The notes under the pieces: generated by a model
Database searches by the model: none
What the model saw: the letters and a program-made list of their open reading frames with translations, nothing else
What the model was told of the DNA's origin: nothing
Assembly (NCBI RefSeq): GCF_018977255.1
Contig: NW_024704743.1
Coordinates: 19,470,001-19,534,000 of the forward strand
Direction of reading: 5' to 3'
DNA length: 64,000 nt
DNA from: Callorhinchus milii
Taxonomy: Eukaryota
Shown here: positions 39,111-51,637 of the stretch, in pieces
Layout of the letters: every line of letters begins with the position of its first letter
Numbering within the stretch: position 1 is the stretch's first letter
Made by a program: the position numbers and the translations under genes

Positions 39111-39591
39111 ATTCATTTCATAGAAAGATTCAGATCATGCTCTAAACCACAAGACAACATTATGGGCATCACCCCAAAATCAGAAGCCAAGTTTAAAAAT
39201 ACTCCCACTTTATATTCTCAACTATAAAATATTGAAGCAATGTTGTGGTATTTCCTAAAAGATTTCTTAAGAAATCTGTTGAATTTAATGGCCTTAATGG
39301 TGTTTGTCATTCAGACAAGAGTATTAATGTTGTTACATTATTGATCAGAAAATAATTCATAATTGATTGCTAGCGAATTTGTGTTCAGGTATATCAATGG
39401 AAGTGAAGATTTCTTCTTTCCTCCGATGGGTAACATTTCAGCTTGAACTTCTGCTTCAGTCAGTACCTTCAGAATCTGGAACCAGGCACAACAAACAGCT
39501 GCTTTCCAGCTATCCTTATCATGTCACTATGGTTGAACCCTGGCTTCTCTGAAGTCATCTGCATACCCGTTGGCGTTGTTGCCAAACATCT

Positions 39592-40215
39592 GGAGTCCTG
39601 TAGCTTAGTGGTTACAGTACTCGCCTCGCAAGCAAGATGACCTGGGTTTGATTCCCAGGAGGGACGAAACCTTAGGCAAGTTTCCTTATGATAGCATCTT
39701 GATTCTGTAACTATAGCAGTAAGTTGTGGTTACAGAATCAAGGCAAGAACTGATTAGAATAACATAATAATGAGATCTAATTAATAGGTTAAATTAAATA
39801 ATGTTTTTAGTGTTGAATGGAACATCCTCCCGACGTGAAAGACGCTATACAAATGTAATTTTGTATTTGTACTGTATTGTATTGAATATTTAGTATAGAG
39901 TCCCATAGCATAGTTTCCTTACTCCACAAGCCTCTGTTCACCTAGCAGTAAGTAGGAACCTGGTTGTTAGGTAATTGGTGGATTGCTTTTCCAGGGGTAA
40001 TAATCCCTCCCAAAAACAAAAAAAATTAATAATTTGGTCACCCATTCCAAGACTGTTTGTGGGACACAATTGTGTGCAATTGACTGCCATGTTTCGCCTA
40101 CAAAATATTCACTTTACAGTATATTGCAGTATATTCTGTGAAACACTTTGAGAAATCTCAAAGATGTGATAAGGCGCTATATCAAATGCAAGAATTATTA
40201 TTATTATTATTATTA
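39592..40215 (+). mobile_element. SINE family A (long form) interrupted by a 223-bp insertion
   Basis: Head at 39592; AGTTTCCTTA duplicated at 39679-39688 and 39912-39921; SINE resumes and ends in (TTA)n. Confidence 0.85.
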
Positions 40216-40775
40216 TCTGTTTCCTAACGAGCACTGTCTGGAAAGCAAGATACTATATGAAGGCATTTACTACATAATAATGACAGAGTTTAAATTGAAC
40301 TTAACAAGTTCTTTGTTTGTGATATAAAAGTGTTTTTTCCAAAAAAGAATTTTGCCTTTGATAGAGACAGTATACCTGAGGAAATTGGCATCATTATTTG
40401 TCCCTGTTAAATTGAGCCCTACCTATTACTGCCAGTTAACAGAATGAAGCTGTCTCTTGTTGTGGTTGCTTACTGCACTCCAGGGAAGTTGCTGGCTTTG
40501 TTATTCTAGTGACAGGTGAACTTATCTTACATTCTCTAGCGAGCTTGACTAGTTCATTCGTACAGCAAATTACTATTTTGAATACAACAGAACATTTACA
40601 GTATTAACATAACCCGATAGCTTCAATTCTTGCTAGGTTCTAGCTCTGGAAACTTGCCAGATTTAGATTAAAAAAAAGCAAAATAACACATTTACAAGGT
40701 ATGGAGTGTGTGTGTGTGTGGGGCGCGGTGTGGGGGGAGGGATCCTACTGTTAGACACATCGCGGGTCTAATTTA

Positions 40776-41189
40776 TAATAATAACTACTTTTGATATAGT
40801 GGCTTTCATACTGAGGAGACATCTCAAAAAGCTTCACAGGATTTAAAGCAAAGTGAATGTATTTATAGGCGAATGCATTTGTTGATTCATGCATAGCAGC
40901 ACCTTTCCAACAACCATCAAGTGAATGAATCCGGGGGATTGTTGGTCAGGACACCAGGAGAAAACCCCTTCTCTTTTTGAATAGTGCCATGGGATCTTTA
41001 ATGTCTACTTCAACAGGCTGACAGAACCTTGACTTGAAAGATAGCAAGTCCAACATTGCAGTGCTTCCCCAGAACTGTATTGGTGCGTCAGCTCAGATTG
41101 TGAACTCAAAGTCCCAATGTGGGGTTGATTCAACCTACAATCTTCTGACTCGGAGGTGAGAGTGCTCCAAACTGAGCCGTGCTGACACC
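40776..41189 (-). mobile_element. SINE family B (Deu-like)
   Basis: caggacaccaggagaaaacccctt…gaatagtgccatgggatctttaatgtc core; head …tctgactcggaggtgagagtgctccaaactgagccgtgctgacacc. Confidence 0.8.
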
Positions 41190-42038
41190 TAATTTGTGAT
41201 ATTCGCAAAACAATTTGTAAATAGCAAATTCCTCAGGTATCTGTATATATGTCTCCAGAACTTGGATACTGATCTCAGTTTCCAATTCTGTGTAAAAGCT
41301 AAAGAGGTTCCAGGCATCTGGAACATCTGACCTGATATCCTGATGAACCATTTACAAATCCTTTTGCGAATCTCTCCAATTGTTAACCTTCATGAGAAGA
41401 TTTCTGTTTATAACGATCACATGAAGTAAATGATCAATTTTATTTGGACAATTATTGCTCAGGAGACCAGGAGAAACTCCTTCCTTTTCTTGACTACTGT
41501 TACAAGATCTTTAACATCCACCTTGGGACCTTGGGACATCTTACCTGAAAGATGGAAACTCTTGATAATTCACCATTCTCCCAGCACTGCATTGAAATGT
41601 CAGCTTAGACTATAGCATTAAATTTCCACCACAACGCTTCAACCCGCAAGTGGGTGTCAGCCCGCCTCAGTTGGTAGCATTTTTGTCTTATGCTAGAAGA
41701 TTGTAAGATCAGAAGGTTGGAGGTTCAAGCCTCATTTCAGGAATTTGAACTCTTAATCTAGGCTGTTCAGGTGGGCATTAAAGAAACCTTTGGCACTATT
41801 TGACCAGAAATCCCCCAGAAAAAAATATTTTTTGTTATTTGCTTCATGGTTATTTGTGTGCAGATTGGCTGCTGTGTTTGCTTACACATAGTCACATAAA
41901 TCTGCTATGAAGTTTTTGATGGAATAAGATACCACTCCAAATGAAAGGATTATTACTTATTATTAAGAAATGAAAACCTTTGAAGAAATGTTGGAAAAAC
42001 AAAAGCTGCTTGCAACAGCAAATGGTTTACAGAAGAGT

Positions 42039-42353
42039 GGAATCCTGTAGCTCAGCAGTTAGAGCACTCGCTTTGCAAGCGAGAGACCTGAGTTCAATTC
42101 CAGGCAGGTCAGGGCGAAACCTTGGGCAAGTTTCCTTACTCCACACGCCTAATAATAATCCCTCCAAAAACAATAATAAAATTGGTCATTTTCAATCTAC
42201 GACTGTCTGTGGGACATTGCTGTGCGCAATTGGCTGCCGCGTTCGCCCACAAATATTCAGTCAATTCACTTTACAGTGTGTTCTGTGAAGCGCTTTGGGA
42301 CGTCCTCCCGACGTGAAAAGCGCTATATCAAATGCAAGGACTATTATTATTAT
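42039..42353 (+). mobile_element. Full-length young SINE family A (short form)
   Basis: A box tagctcagcag, B box gagttcaattcc, intact CpGs, tail agcgctttgggacgtcctcccgacgtgaaaagcgctatatcaaatgcaagg. Confidence 0.93.
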
Positions 42354-42849
42354 AAGACTAGACTATGGAGATATTAAACAGGTACATGGCATGGATTCCT
42401 ATGGTGAAGATGATGAGGTTACCTTTGAGACCCAGGATGAGGTTTGGAAACAAATAATGAGACCCATTATAAGAAGGGAGAGACAATCTGGGGTACAATC
42501 TGTGAGGATCACAGTGGAGGGGAAGGTTGCACAGGAGGTAGCCAGACAAGCCATTGTAATAAGGAACTTAATAATAGCAACAATTTGCATTATGGTGTCC
42601 TTCACACAGAATAAAATCTGAGAGCACTGTAAATTAGTTTGTAGATAGTGAGGTGTATAAGATCATAATAAAAATAAAACTGCATGCTACTTCCCACGGA
42701 TAAAGGTAAGTGATATAAAAATAAGGGCAGAAGAGATAGTAAGAGGCGAAGGAGTAAATATATTTGTTGTTTTACATGTAGGGACAATGATATATTGGAT
42801 AAAAGATCAGCAGAGCTCAAGAAAGAAAATATGGGGTTTGTGAGCAGTT

Positions 42850-43080
42850 TAAAAAAAGTGCAAAGGTAACTGGGTTGTTCCCTGTATTATCTGGAAGTAC
42901 AAAAAAGCAACTTTAATGACTGGTTAGGAAAGTTGTGTGCGTGGAAGGAAATTGAATTTGTAGATAACAGAAAAAATGTTTCATGTAAATGAAGGATGGG
43001 TTACATTTAACAAAGTAGTGAGCTGAAATGCTGGCACTAAAGATTAAAGGGAACAATTAGGTTTCATTTAAAGTAGACAT
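42850..43080 (+). mobile_element. CR1 ORF1 esterase (SGNH-like) domain remnant
   Basis: FNDWLGKLCAWKEIEFVDN then, after a frameshift, KDGLHLTK; matches the NxWL…C…FxDN…DGLHL pattern of CR1 ORF1p. Confidence 0.5.
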
Positions 43081-43199
43081 AAATTGGGAGTGCACAAGTG
43101 GGCAGAACTCTGAGCTTGTCAGTGCAGTGCATAGTTGCTTCCTGGCTCAGTTTGTCAGGGAGCCCAGACAAACTGCTCAGTTCTACTCAGTGACCTAGA

Positions 43200-43548
43200 C
43201 TTACCCGCCTATACCTTCCGTTCCTCTGGCTCCGGTCTGCTCCACATCCCCCGCCCCAACCGCCCTACCATCTGTGGCTGGGCCTTCAGCCTCTCAGCCC
43301 CTAGGCTCTGGATCTGCATTCCCCAGTGCCTTCACCTTGCTTCCTCCCTTTCCTCCTTCAAGGCCGGTCTCAAGACCTTTCTCTTTGACCGTGCCTTCAG
43401 CTCCCCTCTCGACTCTCTACCCCCTCCTCGCACCCTCCCCTCATCCTGACCATTTCCCCCCTGCTCGAGTCCTGACCCAACTGTCCAGCGCCTTGGGACG
43501 TCCTCCCGACGTGAAAGGCGCTCTATAAATGGAATCTTGTTGTTGTTG
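43200..43548 (+). mobile_element. Young L2 LINE 3' end
   Basis: …FRSSGSGLLHIPR…GWAFSLSAPRLW…SLSSFKAGLKTFLFDRAF (L2 ORF2 end), then tail agcgccttgggacgtcctcccgacgtgaaaggcgctctataaatgg…(TTG)n. Confidence 0.92.
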
Positions 43549-43789
43549 TAGACACGATTCTGGGAATAGAAATAGTATACCTCCCCCAGAATGTCTGAAT
43601 GCAATTGTACTGGCATGAAACAAACATTCTGACATTAACTCTTTCAATCTTTGGTTTGAATATGATACCCTTGTGTTCTAGTATTTTTGTTCAAGAATTA
43701 ATTGTTCACAATCTTTCTATTTTGAAGTTCTCCTTTGTATACCTGCTCATCCCATCATGCTGTTTGAAAAGGCCATTATTATTATGTGC

Positions 43790-44190
43790 AATCCTTGCAT
43801 TTAATATAGAACATTTCACATTCATAAGGACTTCATAAAGTGTTTCACAAGATATACTATAGAGTGATTGCATTGCAGAGTGACAAATGAAGCAGCCAAT
43901 TTGCTCACAGCAGTGTCTCACAAACAGCCATGAAATGAATGATGAATTTTATATCAGGGATTTTTGGCCGAGACACTGAGAGAAAATCCCTTATCTTTTC
44001 AATAGTCTCATGGGATCTTAAAAACGTCCACCTGAACAAGCAGCCAGGACCACAGTTTAGCATCTTGTTCAAAGGTTGGTACCGCCAACAATGCAGCGAT
44101 AAACTATATGGGTTTCAAGTTCCCTAATGGGGCTTGAGTCAACCTTCTGACTCAAGGGTGAGACTGCTACCAACTAAGCCGGGGTGACAC
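43790..44190 (-). mobile_element. SINE family B (Deu-like)
   Basis: atgggatcttaaaaacgtccacctgaac core; head accttctgactcaagggtgagactgctaccaactaagcc. Confidence 0.8.
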
Positions 44191-46179
44191 ACAGATATGA
44201 GAACTTGGTTCTCATATAGTCCATGACCTGATGTCAACCATGTGCATTACAGTCTGCTAGTTTCCACCAGAAACCTGTTTTTGTCACAAGAAAAAAAACT
44301 CCTGCATTAAAATTCAGTGTCAGTTTTTGATTAAAAGACAATTGAGACTTATTGATTTATTGGGACTTGCTGTTGAAAAAATGCTGGTGTGTGGGACCTC
44401 TCTGCTGAGTTTATTTTATTTTGAAACAATTGTCCAGCATTTGACAGACACTCAAAATATTAACTACAGTATGTGTTTTGGGGGAAGGGGTGGGCTGGAA
44501 AAATCCAACCAAAAAAGTTTCATTTAACAAGTTAGAAGTTCCACCTAGGTCTCGATTTGCTGCTTTCCTAGAATTTCAGAGTGTGCAGAATTAGGCAAAT
44601 TATTGAATTCAGTCTTAACTTTAGAGCCAGGTTTCTGTAGTTCTTAAAAGGAATGTACAGAAAAACGGCTACAAAATTAATAATAATAATAATCCTTGCA
44701 TTTAACATTATCACGTCTTCGCGACATCTCAAAACGCTTCACTGTATATACTATAAAATTAATTGACTGTATATTTTGTGGGCAATATGCGTTTTTTGTT
44801 TCATGGCTGTTTTGTGGTATATTCCAATGTGAAAGGCGCTGTACCAAATGTAAGGATTATTGTTATTATTTTCATGTCGGGAGGGTGGCTTAAAGCGCTT
44901 CACATGATATACTGTAAAGTGTAGCACTGTATTTTTCCTTGGCAAAATCTTGAGTCCCTGGTTCAATTTGACTTGATTTCAATACAGTGAGGATGTAGAG
45001 CATAATATATTTGAAGCTCAGGAGAAGCAGGAGAGGACAATTCAGTGGAGAAATGACAAACATAACACTGATAAATTAGAAAAAGATAAGAAAAACAAGG
45101 CTTATTTTATTTTTGCAAACCATTTTATTAGACATTTCATACTCTCATTGTGTATGCAGGTAAGTTATCACCAATGCTCCACATAATAAGTTGTTCCATT
45201 GATGTAGACTTAACAAATGTTGAATGAAGCTCAATCCAAATTACTCGGCTGCTGGATTTAGGTTTTGTTCTTGAAATGCTTCATCCTCTGACTGTTAATT
45301 TGAAAGTTCGGTTTGTTTGACCAATCATTTGTTGACGTTATTTATGATGTGAGCTGAGGTCTGAATATAGACTAAGTAATAGGCACTTAAAGTGATGGAA
45401 AAAGAGAATGGTTTGCATACACTCTGCTCTGCAGTGCCTCCTCCATAGAATTTAATGCTGATTCCGCACTGCTCTACAGCTCACAGGAACTATACTGGGA
45501 ATATCAACATATTGTTTGTTCAGGCAAGCTTTGCTTACACGACTGCCATACTAGTATTTTTGCCTTTGGTCAATTGATAGATAGCTCATTCAACAAAAGC
45601 CAGAGCCAATTTTTCACACTTCCCTCAGCAACTCATTTGGGATCTGGCAATGTTTCAGAAGGATAGACATGTTTGGCACAGAAAACCTACTGCTTCTGAT
45701 CTGAGAGAGCCTGGTTCACTTTTTAATTGTGTGACTATTGACTACGGAGCAAGCACAGTATCAATCTGCTCAAGAATGGATCCTTTACGTTCACTTTACA
45801 ACAACAACAATTTTACATTTATTACAAAACCTTTCACGCTGGGAGGATGTCTCCAAGCTCTTCACACAGCTGACAGGGACAGCCCAAGCTTGGGGTGGAG
45901 AGGTGTGGGAGAGGGGAAAGGTGACCAAAAGCATAGTCAAAAAGAAAGATCTAAAGGTCGTTTTTAAAGCTGGGGAGGTGGTGAGGTGGAGGAACTGTTT
46001 TTAGCAACAAATAAACTGGACCTTTTACTGGAGCTGCTAGTGTGGAAACTGCAGATAGAAACCTTTCACTGTGAAGTGCATCTCCAGTTAATTTAATTTA
46101 TTTATATATATTCGTAAACACAATCTGTAAGAGAGATAGATTTTCTACTTTTAAAATATAATTGCTCTTCCCATCCTCT

Positions 46180-47590
46180 CCCAAGTTGCTGGAATGAATG
46201 AGTCGTGCCTTCCACCTTTGCTCCTTTCTCTACTAGCACTTCCTGCTGGAACCTCTCCAATGGCATTTGCTCCATGTCCACAGCGCCAAGACTGATCTGG
46301 CCAAGGTAGCCAATGACATTCTCACCATCTGCGACCTGGACTCTCTCTGCCTCCTTGTTGTCCGTGATCTCTCTGGCGCCTTTGACCCAGTCCACTATTC
46401 CTTCCTTCCCCACTATCTCACCTCCCTTCTACGGCCTTATGGTTCTGTTCTTTCCTGGTTTCACTCTTACCTATTCCAGTGTTATTTCTTCATCTTTTCC
46501 AATGATACCTCCTCCCACTCCCGGACAGTCACATGTGGTGTTCCTCAGGGCTCTATCCTCGGTCCTCTCCATTTCACCATCCATATGCTTCCACTTGGTG
46601 ATACCTTCTGCAGGTCTGGGGTTCATTTCCATATGTACGTGGGTAATGTGAAACTCTATTTCTTTGCTTCTACCTTTGACCCTAGGACCCTGCCGTTCTG
46701 ATCAACTGCCTGTCAGACATCAAGCGCTGGATGAACTCTAACTTCCTTCAGTTGAATGTTGACAAGACAGAGGTTCTCCTACTTGGCTCCTGTCAATGCC
46801 TTCTTACCTTGGGCGCTGTCTGCATTGACCTACATGGATGCTCAGTCCACCTCACAAAGCTAATGTGGAACCTTAGTATCTTATTTGACTCTCAACTGCC
46901 TTTCAACAACAACAACAACAACAAAACATTTACATTTCTATTGCACCTTTCACATTGGGAGGACATTCCAAAGACTTTCAAGCCCCACGTCTGGTTTATT
47001 ACTCACTCACTTTCCCTCACCTCTGTAACATTGCCCACCTCTCCCAATACCTCTTCAGGCGATATTCCCAGTAGAGTTCCTGTGAGCTGAACAGCAATGC
47101 AGACTCAGCATTAAATTCTATAGAGGAAGGGAAGAGTTTATGCAGATTATTCTCTTGACTATTCCAATGCCCTGCTTGCTGAACTCCCCAGCTCCTTCTA
47201 GGCAAGTTGCAGATCATTCAGATTTCTGCAGCCCAAATCCTCTCCCACACCAAGATCAGTGAGCCTATCGCCCCCATCCTCTCTCAGTGATTCAAACTCA
47301 AGATCCTCCTCGCAGAGAAATCCCTCCACAGCCTTGCCCCAACATCCCTCCGTTACCTACTGTGATTCTGCATTCCCAGCTGCCCCTACGCTCAGTGAAC
47401 ACTGACCTACTTTATGTCTCCCATCCAAACTCCTCCACTATCAGTGGTGAATTTTCAACTATTCTGCCTCTGCTCTCTGGAACTCCATTCCAAAGCCCCT
47501 CTGCCTCACCCCTGCTTGTTCCACTTAAAGCCAGTCTTAAGACTTAACTTTACAACTGCATTTTTGGTTATATCCCCCCCCCATCTGTTA
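46180..47590 (+). mobile_element. L2 LINE RT fragment, heavily decayed
   Basis: HSAKTDLAKVANDIL…DLSGAFDPVHY…GVPQGSILGPLHFTIHMLPLG, MNSNFLQLNVDKTEVLLLG; antisense tail insertion at 46907-46974. Confidence 0.9.
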
Positions 47591-47865
47591 ACTGGAGTTC
47601 AATGTGATGTCAATGTGAGAACATGTTCTGTCTGGAATGTGTGGCACTGGCGACAGCATCATTTGCACGAGTTCTGGCTGTCAGAGGGGGAGGAAGAGCA
47701 ATGTTAACTTACTGTGTTAAAGGGCTTCCATTCATAAATCCGTGAGGATCTCTTTTGAGGAGGAGGCACTTGAAAAACAAATTGAATGTTTAAGATGTTT
47801 CATCACATTGAAACCCAGATTCAAGTCCAAGACCAAACAAGATAATTCAGGAAGCAATGGTTAAG

Positions 47866-48200
47866 AATAATAATCCTTGTGTTTGATATACAGTAGCATC
47901 TTATCATGTGTCTAGGCGCCTCAAAGTGCTTCACAGCAAAGTGTAAATTGTAGTGACTCTGTGCTTTTGTAGAGAAAGTGCAGCAGCCAAATTTCATACA
48001 GCAATGTCCCACAAACAGCAATGAAGTGAATGACTAGTTTTATTTGGGGGATTGTTGGCTGGAACACCAGGAGAACTATTTCTTTCTCTTTTTGGAATAG
48101 TTCCATGGGATCTGTAACGTCCTCCTGAACAGAATCTGTGTCTAATGTTTCAGCCGAAGAATTGTACCACCGGCAATGCTGGGCGCCTTCAGCACTGTCG
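47866..48200 (-). mobile_element. SINE family B (Deu-like), partial
   Basis: cagcagccaaatttcatacagcaatgtcccacaaacagc…aatagttccatgggatctgtaacgtcc. Confidence 0.75.
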
Positions 48201-48835
48201 TACTAAGTGCTGATGACATGCTTGGGTCTTAAAAGACCATACATTGGTGGAGGGAAGGAAGAAGGAGGGAGATACGGAGTGCTACAGTTACTACACTTTG
48301 CAGGATAACCTGTGAAGCACCTTGAGACATCCTCTCAACGTGAAAGGCATGTATCAAATGTAAGGATTATTATTAATAATCATAATTCCTGTAATAAATA
48401 ATAAAATTGATTTATGAGTGCAATGAATCTTGACTTTAATAACTAAGGATGCAGGGAGGAGGGAGAGGTGGCGTATTTGGAGATTTGGTGGAACAAAAGA
48501 GGATTCAAGAGGAGCAATAAACGTAATAGTGAGGTGTAATACGAGGGAGTTCATATTTTGAACTCTGAGCTATTAATATCAATTCCTGGCTGTAACCAGA
48601 AGTGTGTCACACCAATCAGGGCATCTCCACACAAATGCATTCGGAAATAGATTTGCAACTCATTCACTATGGCAAGTTGCTGTTATTAGATCTCAGTGTC
48701 AATCAAGTGAAGATGGACAAAAAAAAGTGAGATCGATAGAGACAGAGAGAGAGAAGGTTTGGACTTTGAAGGAAAGGGAGGGATCGTGCATCAAACCAGC
48801 TTTTTTTCTGTATGATGTTCATAATGCAGAGAGGT

Positions 48836-49198
48836 TATAATAATAATCCTTGCATTTGATATAACCTATTATCCTATTGTCACGACGTCTCAAAGCGCTT
48901 CGCAAGGTATACTGTAAAGTGGATCGACTGTGTACAACAGTCAGTTTGCACACAGCAATGTCCTACAAACAGTCATGGAGTGAGCGACCCATTTATTTGG
49001 GGAATTTGTTAGCCAGGACACAGGGAGAAACTCCCTTCTCTTTCAAATAGTGTCATAGGATCTTTAATGTTCACTTGAACAGACAGGTGGGACAATTTGT
49101 TAATATCTCAGGTGAAGGATGGTACTTCCGACGATGTCCCAGCGTGGTGCTTGAATCCACAATCTGGCTCAGAGGCCAGAGTGAGCCAGACTGACACA
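48836..49198 (-). mobile_element. SINE family B (Deu-like)
   Basis: Tail aataatccttgcatttgata; core agccaggacacagggagaaactcccttc…aatagtgtcataggatctttaatgtt. Confidence 0.75.
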
Positions 49199-50075
49199 CA
49201 AACTGGAAGTCATAATTGGAAGTCTAAAATTCTGTTACACTTGTTTGTATTTAGTGACATTGACAGGACAGAATTGGCAGAGGCCTGGAACTGAATGACC
49301 TTTAGGCAGGAATTTAGACATTGTATAGTTGTCTTAAAAATAGGATCAGGACCATTCAATATAACACCATTCAGCCATTTGAGACGTCGCAAAGACTTGA
49401 TAACAACAACAACAACAAGATTGCATTTATAGAGCGCCTTTCACGTCGGGAGGACATCCCAAGGTGCTGGATATAAGATGTTATATCAAAAGCAAGGATT
49501 ATTATTATTATACTCCTCCAATTTAAATTTATCTATCTTGCCAATTTTGTTTATTGTTTTAAATCATTGTATATATATATATCATTGTGTATATATATAG
49601 TTATCATTAAAGGTGTATATAAATAATAAGCAACATCACCAACATAAGAGTATTCAAGATAACTTTTGTTATTTGGGTTATAAAGAAAGTACAAATCTAT
49701 TTTTTTCAACAAATGTTCCAATTTATCAATGATATGGTTGTAGAATTGTCGCTTGCTAAGTTGAAATATACACAATGTAAAAATGAAAACTGTATATTTT
49801 TGATGATTTATGAGGGAGATATTCTGTCTGGGACACAAAATTTTATTTATATAGCGTTTTAGAGCATCCATAATATGACATTCAGTCTTCAGTCTTAACT
49901 TTGAAGTTGTCTTGTTTGTAGATCTCAATGGAACTTAAGGAAAAAATAGCTTAAAAAATAAGTCTGTATTCAACAACTTGGCAAAGTAAATCTAGAACCA
50001 GGAGGAATACATTCTACCCATGTATGAAACGTATTGGTTCTAGTGAGCTCAGAAACACAAAGACTTTCAAAAATA

Positions 50076-50390
50076 TCCTGTAGCTCAGTGGTTAGAGCAC
50101 TCACTTTGCAAGCGAGAGACCTGAGTTCAATTCCCGGCAGGGCGAAACCTTGGGCAAGTTTCCTTACTCCACACGCCTAATAATAATCTCTCCAAAAACC
50201 AAAAACAATAATAAATTGGTCATTTTCAATCTACGACTGTTTGTGGGACATTGCTGTGCGCAATTGGCTGCCGCGTTCGCCCACAAATATACAGTCAATT
50301 CACTTTACAGTGTGTTCTGTGAAGCGCTTTGGGACGTCCTCCCGACGTGAAAGGCGCTATATCAAATGCAAGGATTATTATTATTATTAT
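50076..50390 (+). mobile_element. Full-length young SINE family A (short form)
   Basis: tcctgTAGCTCAGTGGttagagcactcactTTGCAagcgagagacctGAGTTCAATTCCcgg; full tail and (TTA)n. Confidence 0.93.
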
Positions 50391-50959
50391 ATCTGAATCA
50401 GCAATTCAGGATTTACAGGAGATTAAAAACTTCCCACGGTTTGAGATGGCTATTATTCTAGAATGAATGAACAATACTCTGAGTGTGCTGACTCCACTCT
50501 GGACAGAGTACCACTGCACTGCACATTAGGTTGTGTTTGCCCTATACAGAGACGCTTGTGTCAGGAAGTTCTTCTGTCAGCCTGTTACACATTCAGATCC
50601 GGATCTGTTGATGTGTAAACCAGTGAAGTTAAGCAAGAGTTTCACTGTGTTGTAGGAAAAATAGATGTTGTATCCTTCATGCAATATCTTGTGGAGCTGT
50701 GATGTTTTCGTAACAAGAATGGGGAGTTTGGGAGCTTTTTTTAACACACAAAGTAGTGGGAATGTCCTACTGGGAACTGAGGTTCAGACAGAATCCATAT
50801 TGGCCTCCAAGAGGAACTAGGTAAATATTTTAAAAAGAGTCAGCTACAAGAGTATGAGGAAAGGGCAGGTAAATGGGACTGAAAGGATTGCACTTCAGGC
50901 AGCACGATGGGCCAAATAACCTTCTCTTTTTCTATGGTTTTTTATGGTTTATATCCTCC

Positions 50960-51305
50960 ATTCCTTGGCACCCCCTATCTCTCTGACCTCTCTCCCCACA
51001 GCATTACCTGCTGCCTCCACTCTACAGGGTCTGTCCTCCTCCGTGTCCCCCGAATCGTCCACTCCATAATCAGCGGCCGTGCTTTTAGCCACTACGCCCC
51101 CAAACTTTGGAACTCCCTCCCTCAATCCCTTTGCCTCTCCCCCTCCTTCCCCATCTTCAGGTCAGGCTTGAAGATCCTTCTCTTCGACTGTGCCTACGGT
51201 CACCTTTCCCCTCCCACTGGCTCAGCTCAGGCTCCACTATTGTTAAGCGCTCTGAGATGCTGCTGGCGTGGAGGGCGCTATATAAATGCAAGTTGTTGTT
51301 GTTGT
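50960..51305 (+). mobile_element. L2 LINE 3' end (second tail type)
   Basis: GRAFSHYAPKLWNSLPQSL…FRSGLKILLF; tail agcgctctgagatgctgctggcgtggagggcgctatataaatgcaagttgttg. Confidence 0.9.
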
Positions 51306-51637
51306 ACTAGATCATGTCAAAATACTTTGTAGTGTTTTCTGTAAAGGCTGTGTATTCGAACAAACCCAATAATATCCCACAAACAGCCACGATGTGAATG
51401 ACCATTTAAAAAAAAAATCAGGTAATTGTTGGCCGGGATACCAGGAGGGACAAACTCCCTTCTCTTTTCACCCAGGGCCCATGTAATCTTTCACATCCAC
51501 CTGTACAGGCAGAAAAGCCTTCAATTTAACGTCTCATCTGAAGGACGACACTTCCGACAATAAACCGCTCAACCAGCTTTGCATTCATGTGTCACTCTAG
51601 TCCATCAGCTTAAAGACCTGACATGGGGCTTGAACCC

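Noticed and set aside
42122..42316. Recurrent ORF MGKFPYSTRL… (also at 50150 and 62426)
   Set aside because: Read-through of near-identical SINE copies starting at TTG; not a gene family
50076..50150. tRNA-Ala(TGC) gene
   Set aside because: It is the head of a SINE: continues into SINE body and tail, with many copies in the window
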